Positions 17,734 to 25,503 of a stretch of 32,000 bases of DNA are shown here, one piece after another. The stretch is taken from the NCBI GenBank assembly GCA_963701855.1, contig CAVPBK010000005.1:92721-124720 (forward strand). The letters are read 5' to 3'. The stretch comes from Nitrospirota bacterium. Lineage in GTDB: Bacteria; Nitrospirota; Nitrospiria; Nitrospirales; Nitrospiraceae. A program made the position numbers and the translations under genes. The notes under the pieces were generated by a model. That model was not told the origin of the DNA and did no database searches. It saw only the letters and a program-made list of their open reading frames with translations. The number at the start of each line of letters is the position of its first letter. Positions within the stretch are counted from its first letter, which is position 1.

Positions 17734-18733
17734 CTATGCACTTAACTCCAGTTTATCGCCTACTATTTATGAGGTGGCTGCAGTCAGCCTCGAGTAGGGG
17801 ATAGGCTCAATCGCGACGGTTTGTGCGACAAGTTTGTAGAACAGTTTCCAGCGGTATCTCGACGTTCGACGATTGAACCGAAATGTGAATTCGTCGAGAT
17901 AGGAGTCCAGTTGCTCACGGGACAATGCACCTTTATGGGTACCCATTAACCAACGTTTCAATAAGGAAGACACCTGGTGCACGCGGGGTAGCAAAGCCGA
18001 CGTTATTTTGCCGCTGGTGTTGATCAGACGCGGTTGGTGCTTGAAGCCTTCCTGCTTCAAGCCCGCATAGGCCTTCCATCCATCTGTAACGACCACGGAA
18101 CCAGGCTCGACAGCGTATTTCACGAAGGCGACGAGCGAGCTCGGAGAGGCAGAGGGAATCCGTCGCAGGCAGATGCGTCCAATCCCCTTCCCGTCGACCT
18201 GTGCCGCGATCGCCACCAGGGCCTTGCTTCCCATGTGCCGACGGCTTCGTCCAGCCTCGACGCCCACCACATATGTTTCGTCCACTTCAATCTGGCCTCC
18301 CAGGCTGTCCCAGCCAGGCCGCACTACTGCGCGTCGCAGTTTCTGCAGCCACAACCACGCCGTCCTGTAACTGCCAAAGCCCAGTAGGCGCTGTAGCCCC
18401 AAGGCGCTGAGCCTATGTTTCTGATCGGTCATCCACCACATGGCTCGGAACCAGTCCTGCAGAGGAAGGCGGGTTCGATGAAAGATCGTTCCAGCCGTTA
18501 CTGAGGCTTGGTATCCACACCGGCGGCACATCAAAAGGCATCGTGTGGTTGTCCAACTGCCGCTGGTCATGCATTGGGGGCAACAGAACCCGGTCGGCCA
18601 CCGCAGCCTGGCCAGATAGGCACGGCAGGCACCTTCTGTAGCGAAGCGCTGTTCGAACTCGGAAAGGGTTCGCATATAGTCCTCCACGGTATAACTCCAG
18701 CACGTCTGGCGCGAACTGGAGTTAAGTGCATAG
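17734..18733 (-). mobile_element. intact IS1595-family insertion sequence (1000 bp)
   Basis: Perfect 20-bp terminal inverted repeats: ctatgcacttaactccagtt at 17734-17753, and its exact reverse complement at 18714-18733. A single transposase ORF fills the interior. Flanking octamers gcaacgat and cctaattc differ, so no target duplication is visible. Confidence 0.9.
17767..18687 (-). CDS. IS1595-family transposase (N-terminal zinc ribbon + DDE domain)
   Basis: CPQC..x..CRRCGYQASVTAGTIFHRTRLPLQDWF (Zn_Tnp_IS1595), then EVDETYVVG, ALVAIAAQVDGKGIGRI and VVTDGWKAYAGL (DDE_Tnp_IS1595). GGAGG lies upstream of the ATG. Confidence 0.9.
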   Translation of the reverse strand: MEDYMRTLSEFEQRFATEGACRAYLARLRWPTGFCCPQCMTSGSWTTTRCLLMCRRCGYQASVTAGTIFHRTRLPLQDWFRAMWWMTDQKHRLSALGLQRLLGFGSYRTAWLWLQKLRRAVVRPGWDSLGGQIEVDETYVVGVEAGRSRRHMGSKALVAIAAQVDGKGIGRICLRRIPSASPSSLVAFVKYAVEPGSVVVTDGWKAYAGLKQEGFKHQPRLINTSGKITSALLPRVHQVSSLLKRWLMGTHKGALSREQLDSYLDEFTFRFNRRTSRYRWKLFYKLVAQTVAIEPIPYSRLTAATS

Positions 18734-19071
18734 CCTAATTCGCATGCAAAAAAATATACAAAGTTGTATTAAAAATCAAGCTTACTGGGAGATCTATGCG
18801 CCAAGCAATATCCGTGCCGGCTTGGCCATGAACGATCAGTCACGCTTTCTCAATCCTGTGCCCACCGTACCATACTGGACGTAACTGACTCATCCGATTG
18901 TTCGCGTGTATTCACGAGTGGCGCTGCGAACCACGACTTCAAGGACCACGGTCACATGGGTCTGACACGCTCGGGTTGTCGGGAGCACAGCCTCCATTCC
19001 ACTTCCTGATAATGACTGTTGAAAATCTAGCTGCGCAATCCACGCCACACCCCGTTACTTCCACACGAAGC

Positions 19072-21093
19072 TCAGTGCACATGGTCGTCTGGTGGCGGAC
19101 GGAGTTCCTTTTCCCGATTGAGTTGTTCGATCTGCCGCGTCAGTTCGCCGATGTCTGTCCACCCCGCCCCGTCCGCGTTAGGAATCCAGCGCGCTCGCAA
19201 ATAACCGTAACGATCTATGAGGAACTCCATGTGCTTGGGTGATGTTCCCTCACCAGCCAGATCAGGGTTGCTGAGAGTCCTACGGAATAGAGCATAGCTG
19301 CGTGCGATCTCTGGCGCTCCTTGTGTCGCCACTGGAAAAGGCATGTCTGCTGTGATCGTCGCCAGGTCTTCTGGGTTGAGATCATTCACTGGTGCCGCCA
19401 AAATCACCGTATTGGCGGCGCTTAGTGTGGCATAAGCCAGCCGCAGCTGATCGAGCCTCGCGCGTGACTCCGGCCACGAAAACAGGACTAGCAGTACCGC
19501 TTTCTGCCGACGGAAGTCCTTCAAGGTACCGCTCGTACCGTCATGCGCGGAGTAGGAGAAATTCTGCGGGGCCATGTAGGGCTGATTGGGAGCGACGTAG
19601 GGATTAATGAGGCGAGCTTGATAGCCGCGGGATGTGGCATGGAGAAAGTTCACGACATCCCAACGATCCTCTTCCGAGAGTTTGTCCGCAAATGCCGGCA
19701 TGCCGGTACCGGGAATACCATGGGTCAGCCAGTGGAAAAAGTCTCCAGCAGTGTGCTTGGCCGTGTGCGGTTCTGTGAGCAGATCCACCGGTGGTATAGC
19801 GAAGGTCTTGGCCAGAACGCCATTGCCCTTGGCTTGGGGTCCGTGGCAGAGCACGCAATTCGTGGCAAATATGGTCGCACCGTTGGCAACGGAAATGGCG
19901 TCGAACGGGACCGGTGTCTTGCGGTAGGTTTCCGGAAAAGCTTGAGTGGCAAGGGGAGGCAGCGCCGCAACCAGTGCACAGAGTGCCAGTAGGGCTGGGA
20001 TGGCAATGCGCCACTTCGTTTCCCAGAGCTTGGTTCGACCGAGGACAACTGCCCCGCCTGCCAGGGTAAGCAGTGCGATTCCGACCCCCCCGCCGATCAT
20101 TACGCCCAACCCGCCCCAAGTGGCGTCGATGGAGAAGCGGAATGGATAGGGCCAGTCCTCAATGACGGCATGTTTCGCCGGCACGGCGTTGGCTAGCATT
20201 GTCGCCACCAATACCAGTACCAACGCGATTACGAATTCGATGGTGACCCACTTTCGAAGTCCCTGTTTGCCGACTGCAGCCACGTCCGTGTTCTGGTCGA
20301 GTGACGGAATCCAGATGCGGCGCGCACACGCGCCGATCACGAGAATCGGCGCGAGCAACGCAAGCTTTGTATTGAGAAACCAGCCCCAGCTCGTTGCGAC
20401 CAATGCGGCGTAGCTCGTGTCCACCATGTCATTCGCAACGATGATGCCGGTGCCCACGACAGCGACCATCACAGGAAGCGCTATTGCAGAGAATCGCTTC
20501 ATGGTCTGGATGTCGAACCGATCCACTTCCTCGTGTGATCGTTTCCCGACGGTGGCGAACATTATTGAGAGAATAGCCGGCAGCCCTCCGAGCCAGACGC
20601 TTGCCAGAACAATATGCAGCGCGTAAGGCAGCACCGATATCACGGATAGTTCTCCGGCTGCGGAATGGCTTGCGAGCGATCCTGCAGCCAGCGTGAGTGC
20701 AGCGACGGTCGCGCACAGCACATACCGCCAGCGTGCCCAAGGTGAGAAGCGAATGTAGAGAGCCATTCCGAGCACGAGCAGCGCAAGGGCCGCGCGCGCC
20801 GTCCAGATGAGTCCTATGCGGGTTTTTTGTAAGAGTTCTAGCCAGGCTCCCGGGTGCCAAGCATTTTCAGCCAAGCCCGTAGCCTGCGCGGTAGTCGTGG
20901 CCAGCAAGCCTAGTAACCCCAGCAGAAGCGTGGCCGAAAGCCACGGTAACGCCCGTTCCAGACGGGCTAGCCATGGGCTGTCGAGTGCGGTTTTCGCATG
21001 CACCGCAATTGCAAGAAAAACGCAACTGCCGATCAGGATCATGTTGGACGCAAGCTGCAGCCAGCGGAGCAGCGCGCCGATGACCTCGATCAT
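19072..21093 (-). CDS. copD: CopD-family copper membrane protein fused to a class I cytochrome c domain and a C-terminal thioredoxin-like domain
   Basis: The N-terminal about 300 aa are polytopic and CopD-like, followed by two further TM helices. Then comes NCVLCHGPQAKGNG (CxxCH) with a distal GTGMPAF Met. The AhpC/TSA-like fold KAVLLVLFSWPESRARL has no CxxC. Confidence 0.85.
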   Translation of the reverse strand: MIEVIGALLRWLQLASNMILIGSCVFLAIAVHAKTALDSPWLARLERALPWLSATLLLGLLGLLATTTAQATGLAENAWHPGAWLELLQKTRIGLIWTARAALALLVLGMALYIRFSPWARWRYVLCATVAALTLAAGSLASHSAAGELSVISVLPYALHIVLASVWLGGLPAILSIMFATVGKRSHEEVDRFDIQTMKRFSAIALPVMVAVVGTGIIVANDMVDTSYAALVATSWGWFLNTKLALLAPILVIGACARRIWIPSLDQNTDVAAVGKQGLRKWVTIEFVIALVLVLVATMLANAVPAKHAVIEDWPYPFRFSIDATWGGLGVMIGGGVGIALLTLAGGAVVLGRTKLWETKWRIAIPALLALCALVAALPPLATQAFPETYRKTPVPFDAISVANGATIFATNCVLCHGPQAKGNGVLAKTFAIPPVDLLTEPHTAKHTAGDFFHWLTHGIPGTGMPAFADKLSEEDRWDVVNFLHATSRGYQARLINPYVAPNQPYMAPQNFSYSAHDGTSGTLKDFRRQKAVLLVLFSWPESRARLDQLRLAYATLSAANTVILAAPVNDLNPEDLATITADMPFPVATQGAPEIARSYALFRRTLSNPDLAGEGTSPKHMEFLIDRYGYLRARWIPNADGAGWTDIGELTRQIEQLNREKELRPPPDDHVH

Positions 21094-21494
21094 TTCTTTT
21101 GCACTTTGCCCTTTACCGTGAAGTCGAAGGACGACTCCACCACGTGACCGTCTACCGACAGTACTCGAAACTTTACTGAATACTTTCCGGGCGTCAACTC
21201 CGGCAATGGGAGAACGATGGACTTTGGGTCATCTGGAGTAAGTTGAGGCTTGATCTCGGTAACGGGATGTTTCTCGGCGTCGAGTACAACAAGCGACGCG
21301 TACTCGCCTTCGAGTTCCTCGTTGAACCAGAGTCGCACCTGCGCCGGCGCCTTGGCGAGGACAGCCCGGCGTGGCGGCTCTGCCTTGACCAGCATTGAAT
21401 GCGCCAGCGCTGGGGCGGCATGCGCGCCCATCGCCATCAGCATCGCTACTCCTATCATGACGCGCTTGAGTGCATGAACCGCCCATGATTCCAT
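21090..21494 (-). CDS. copC: CopC-family periplasmic copper chaperone
   Basis: Signal peptide ending ALA, then HSMLVKAEPPRRAVL (mature N-terminal His), and VLSVDGHVVESSFDFTV. The start is chosen at Met59 of the track ORF (GGAGAGGGGGAG RBS). ATGA overlap with copD. Confidence 0.85.
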   Translation of the reverse strand: MESWAVHALKRVMIGVAMLMAMGAHAAPALAHSMLVKAEPPRRAVLAKAPAQVRLWFNEELEGEYASLVVLDAEKHPVTEIKPQLTPDDPKSIVLPLPELTPGKYSVKFRVLSVDGHVVESSFDFTVKGKVQKK

Positions 21495-21588
21495 TGGATC
21501 TCCCCCTCTCCTTGACTGCTGCGTTCGAGTAAAGCAGCCGGTCTTTTGCACGCCTCGGTTCGGCGTACTGCTCTCAGTGACTGGCTGC

Positions 21589-22176
21589 CTAAGAAGCGGT
21601 GCGAACCGACGGCTTGCGACGACTGCGCAGGAAAAAGAATATCGCCGCTCCACCGGCAATCGCTGCAAGCGGGACTATGACCATGATGTAGTGCATGAAG
21701 TGCGAAACCACTCCCGATTCTCCTACCGAGATCGGGAATCGCGCGATATGTTCCTCCTTGCCGCCAACGGTGACTACACCGATGAAATTGCCTGGCTGGG
21801 TGAAGTTATATTCGAAATTAATGAACCCCCCAGGGTAGACCTTGGCCGGCAGGTGAAGGACCGTGTTGGCCTGAAGATCCTGTTCCGAACCCGTATCCTT
21901 GATGACCCGGACCTCGACGGGCAACGAGCGGAGTTCCCCTTCTATATAATCGAGCACCAACACCGTGCGTCCGATCGACGGAACATCCCCGCAGAGTTCC
22001 CTCGAGGCTGAGGTATCAGGTTGATATTCTGTAAGATGCATGCCGTAGGGTCCGAGCTTGAGTATGCAGAAGTTTTTGTCCAATTCGTGAAAGTGCTGGG
22101 CCTGTGCGGAGAGCGGAGCTCCGATCGCCAATATCAAGAAGCACACGCAAGCAGGTTTGAGAAATTGCAAAGACAT
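21589..22176 (-). CDS. AmoD/AmoE (PmoD)-like secreted, C-terminally membrane-anchored protein, copy 1
   Basis: Signal peptide, a beta-rich domain of about 130 aa with FCILKLGPYGMHLTEYQP (C-x8-M-H), and a C-terminal TM helix. Position upstream of copCD. The start is chosen at MSLQFLK (GAGGA 8 nt upstream). Confidence 0.7.
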   Translation of the reverse strand: MSLQFLKPACVCFLILAIGAPLSAQAQHFHELDKNFCILKLGPYGMHLTEYQPDTSASRELCGDVPSIGRTVLVLDYIEGELRSLPVEVRVIKDTGSEQDLQANTVLHLPAKVYPGGFINFEYNFTQPGNFIGVVTVGGKEEHIARFPISVGESGVVSHFMHYIMVIVPLAAIAGGAAIFFFLRSRRKPSVRTAS

Positions 22177-22269
22177 CGTCAGTATCCTCATCATTATCAT
22201 CTTTTAGACAGCTCAATTTTCTCGTTGAACCAGAGTTGCAACTGCTCATTGGACCGGATGGCCGGTCGC

Positions 22270-22848
22270 TTACGAAACGGTATTGCTCGACGTTGTGCCA
22301 CGCCCGCGCAGGGCAAAGAAGATCACTCCGATAACGGCAACCCCTGCGAGCGCAATCAAGAAGTAGGTAGGGGGTAACCATATTTTTGTTTCCCCTACCG
22401 AGAACGGAAATCGCGATACATGTTTATCACCTACGGTGACCAGACCAACGAATTTGCCAGGCTGGTCAAAGTTATATTCGAAATTAACCGAGCCGGCAGG
22501 GTAGACCTTGGGCGGTAGGTGAAGAATCGTGATGGCCTGAAGGTCTTGCTCCGACCCCGTATCCTTGATGATCCGAACCTCGGTGGGCAACGGGCGCAGT
22601 GCATCTTCCATATAATCGAGCACCACGACTGTACGGCCCGTCGCGGGAATGTCCTCACAGAATTCCTTATTGCGGGTGTTGTCTGGCTGATAGCCGGTAA
22701 AGTGCATGTTGTACGGGCCGATCGTGAGTCTGCACATGTCCTCGGCCAGTGCCAATCCTCCGTGAGCCTGGGCCTGTGTGGAGAATATAACCCCCATCGC
22801 CAGCATCAAGAAGCACAAGCCAGCAGATTTCACCAATTGCACAGCCAT
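22270..22848 (-). CDS. AmoD/AmoE (PmoD)-like secreted, membrane-anchored protein, copy 2
   Basis: Same architecture, with MCRLTIGPYNMHFTGYQP. In the core block, 53 of 71 residues are identical to copy 1 (counted by eye). The leader gggaggatactgacaATG is nearly identical to that of copy 1 (gaggatactgacgATG). Confidence 0.7.
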   Translation of the reverse strand: MAVQLVKSAGLCFLMLAMGVIFSTQAQAHGGLALAEDMCRLTIGPYNMHFTGYQPDNTRNKEFCEDIPATGRTVVVLDYMEDALRPLPTEVRIIKDTGSEQDLQAITILHLPPKVYPAGSVNFEYNFDQPGKFVGLVTVGDKHVSRFPFSVGETKIWLPPTYFLIALAGVAVIGVIFFALRGRGTTSSNTVS

Positions 22849-22901
22849 TGTCAGTATCCTCCCTCTCGAATGTTGAACCATGTGCTCGCGGGCCGGAGCG
22901 C

Positions 22902-23495
22902 CTAGTTTCCCGTACGGCGGACTGCCCACCAATTCCGCAGCCATTTCGATCGTATGAGTATGTATCCAATGAATGCAACTACCAGCACTCCTATCGCCGG
23001 TCCTGTCATGGTACGTATAAGCTTCTGGTAGTCGATCATGTGTACCCGCAAGAGATACTGCGGGTGCTTCATGAGATTCTGCTTCTCCGCCGAAATAGTT
23101 ACCGTATACAGGCCCTCATCCAATCTGACTTCGCCTCTGAGCACTCCGTCCGGGTGAGTGCTTGGGCGAAAATCTGCCACAATCTGATCTTCTGTCGCAT
23201 TGTTCCCATTGCCCTTCATAATCCGCATACCGATAGGCTCGCTGCGTAACGCCGGGTCCACGAGGTCTACGACTAGGAAGGTGTCGCCTTCCTTGGGAAT
23301 GTCTGTGCAGTATTGACCCTTCAGCTCGTATTGAGGCTGGTAGGCGCTGAAATGCACCATGCGCTCACCTACTCGGCGCAAGCATGGGTCGTCTTCTCCG
23401 CTCGTTGTTCCATGTGCAGAAGCGACTCCAGGATGGTCCAGTGCGGCAAGAAGAATGAGCACCATAAGGCCTGCTCTTGTCACTTGCCTAATCAT
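22902..23495 (-). CDS. AmoD/AmoE (PmoD)-like secreted, membrane-anchored protein, copy 3 (divergent)
   Basis: Signal peptide ..GVASA then HGTTSGEDDPCLRRVGERMVHFSAYQP (C-x7-M-x-H) and a C-terminal TM helix GPAIGVLVVAFIGYILI. AGGAGGA RBS. Confidence 0.65.
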   Translation of the reverse strand: MIRQVTRAGLMVLILLAALDHPGVASAHGTTSGEDDPCLRRVGERMVHFSAYQPQYELKGQYCTDIPKEGDTFLVVDLVDPALRSEPIGMRIMKGNGNNATEDQIVADFRPSTHPDGVLRGEVRLDEGLYTVTISAEKQNLMKHPQYLLRVHMIDYQKLIRTMTGPAIGVLVVAFIGYILIRSKWLRNWWAVRRTGN

Positions 23496-23922
23496 ATATG
23501 CGTGATCCTCCTGTTTGGAACCTCACGGTGCTCCGTTGCTTCGTATAGCGAAGCGGCCTCACCGCATAGTTGCGTATCTAGCCACATGTCCTATCAAGTA
23601 CAATCACCATGATGCCACTAACGCAGGGCAAGATTCTAGCCCCCCTCGCAAGGGAAGAGAAAATCTAAAAATGTGTTTCTGCTGGGCTGGGCCGAGCTCT
23701 GGCTATCCGAGTATGGAGCAGGCCTGATTGAGAGGATGTCTCGCATGGCGACAGCTTTCCCACGGGTGTTGGTGAGCAACGGTTTCTGCTGTTGCAGATG
23801 CGGTTGGACTGGTTGCTTGGGGGGATCTGTCCTGGTTCATTCTCGGTGTGACGTGCTAGAAGAGAGTACACCGAATTGTGTTCTGGGACCCCCGAGTTCG
23901 AGCAGCGAGCTCGGAGATGCGT

Positions 23923-24009
23923 TCATGCCATATTAACTCCAAACCATCTTTGACTTGCCAGTGTCAGATGGGCGACAATTATTACTGACGTGAGTGCATT
24001 CTCTTTCAT
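23923..24009 (-). CDS. candidate 28-aa small hydrophobic ORF (MKENALTSVIIVAHLTLASQRWFGVNMA)
   Basis: GGAGG lies 4 nt upstream of the ATG, in the about 690-bp divergent spacer between the amoD/E-like genes and ccmA. No homology was recognised. It is too short for the ORF track. Confidence 0.15.
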   Translation of the reverse strand: MKENALTSVIIVAHLTLASQRWFGVNMA

Positions 24010-24190
24010 GAGGCCTCCAATTGCCATATAGCGACATCAATCTTGTGGATGGGTTTGCGTTTCAGCGACAGCTGGATCTCTGTATGCGACGTCAGGCAGG
24101 GTCGAGAAAGTACTCACGAGCAGCACGACCCATGAAGATCCGATGCTGTGGCAATTTTGTTTCTTCGGCCCCAGTAGGATTTCCCTGAAT

Positions 24191-24811
24191 ATGTTCCAAA
24201 CCGTCGCACTGAGCGGCAGTCGCGGAGAACGACAGCTGTTCTCCGGCGTCAGCGTGACGGTCAAGCCAGGAACGCTATTGGCTGTGACCGGTGAAAACGG
24301 CAGTGGGAAGACCAGCTTTCTCCGCATGCTGTGCGGTCTGTTATCTCCTGATGGAGGTACGATCCTTTGGCAGGGGAAAGACATCCGCCAACTTAAGGAA
24401 CTCTATAGCGCCCAGCTTACCTATGTAGGGCATCTCAATGGAATTAAGGACGAACTAACCCCGGTCGAAAACCTCAAAGTCTCAGCTTCCCTGGCCGGCG
24501 ATAAAAATTCCGGCGCAGTCGTGCAACAGGCATTGGAGGCCGTCGGTCTTGAACCGCGAGTTCATCGTCTGTCGACGAGGGTGCTGTCGCAAGGACAAAA
24601 ACGCCGCGTGGCATTGGCTCGTCTCTGGCTTTCCACACGTCCGTTATGGCTCTTGGATGAGCCGTTCGCTTCACTCGATACTGCAGCCACCAATTACTTA
24701 ACCCAACGCTTGCAAGCGCATCTGAGTCATGGCGGCATGGTGGTCGTCGCTACGCACCAGGATATCGCTCTCCCAAGTGATTCCATCCAGCACCTGAGGC
24801 TGACTCGATGA
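24191..24811 (+). CDS. ccmA: haem exporter ATP-binding protein CcmA
   Basis: Walker A GENGSGKTS, ABC signature LSQGQKRRVALA, Walker B LWLLDEP. The start is chosen at MFQTVALSG (Met17 of track ORF 24143). Confidence 0.9.
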   Translation: MFQTVALSGSRGERQLFSGVSVTVKPGTLLAVTGENGSGKTSFLRMLCGLLSPDGGTILWQGKDIRQLKELYSAQLTYVGHLNGIKDELTPVENLKVSASLAGDKNSGAVVQQALEAVGLEPRVHRLSTRVLSQGQKRRVALARLWLSTRPLWLLDEPFASLDTAATNYLTQRLQAHLSHGGMVVVATHQDIALPSDSIQHLRLTR

Positions 24812-25491
24812 GTCAGCCCAGCATGAGTGCGGCGTTGCGCGGAGTTGTCCGGCGGGATTTTCTGCTGGCCATGCGGCACCGTTCGGATGTGGCGATGTCG
24901 GTTTTCTTCGTCGTCATCGTCGCTAGCCTCTTCCCTTTGGGAGTTGGGCCGGAGCAGGCGGTTTTGAGGGTGATCGCCTCCGGTGTGCTCTGGGTCACGG
25001 CCCTGCTTGCGTGCCTGTTGTCACTGGGGCGTCTGTTTACCGCTGATTATCTCGATGGGGTGCTGGAACAGACGCTTTTGGTACCTCAGCCTCTGGCTGT
25101 CCTGGTCGTTGGCAAGGTATTCGCGCATTGGGTAATCTCCGGTTTGCCAGTCGTTCTGCTCTCGCCTCTCCTCGGTTTGCAGTTCGGCCTGAGTGGAGAC
25201 TCGCTGGTGGTGTTGACGTTATCGCTCTTGCTTGGTACGCCGACGTTGAGTATGATTGGAGCCATCGGTGCTGCGCTGACTCTTGGATTGCGGGGGAGCG
25301 GTTTACTCGTTGCCCTCCTAGTGCTTCCTCTCTTTATTCCGGTACTGATCTTTGGGGCTGGCGCCGTTACGAATAGTTTGGCCGGAATCGGCAGCGAAGC
25401 GAATCTGTCGTTACTTGGAGCCTGTTTCATGCTGTCACTCGTTTTTGCGCCCTGGGCCACGGCTGTTGCATTACGCATTGCGTTGGAATAA
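24808..25491 (+). CDS. ccmB: haem exporter permease CcmB
   Basis: Six-TM protein of CcmB length and position. 4-nt overlap with ccmA. Confidence 0.88.
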   Translation: MSQPSMSAALRGVVRRDFLLAMRHRSDVAMSVFFVVIVASLFPLGVGPEQAVLRVIASGVLWVTALLACLLSLGRLFTADYLDGVLEQTLLVPQPLAVLVVGKVFAHWVISGLPVVLLSPLLGLQFGLSGDSLVVLTLSLLLGTPTLSMIGAIGAALTLGLRGSGLLVALLVLPLFIPVLIFGAGAVTNSLAGIGSEANLSLLGACFMLSLVFAPWATAVALRIALE

Positions 25492-25503
25492 GACAATTAC
25501 GAG

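Noticed and set aside
23515-23936. Track ORFs 23515..23727 (+), 23673..23936 (+) and 23665..23871 (-) in the amoD/E-ccmA spacer
   Set aside because: They overlap one another, have no RBS, and are Cys/Ser/Arg-rich with no family resemblance. They are treated as non-coding.
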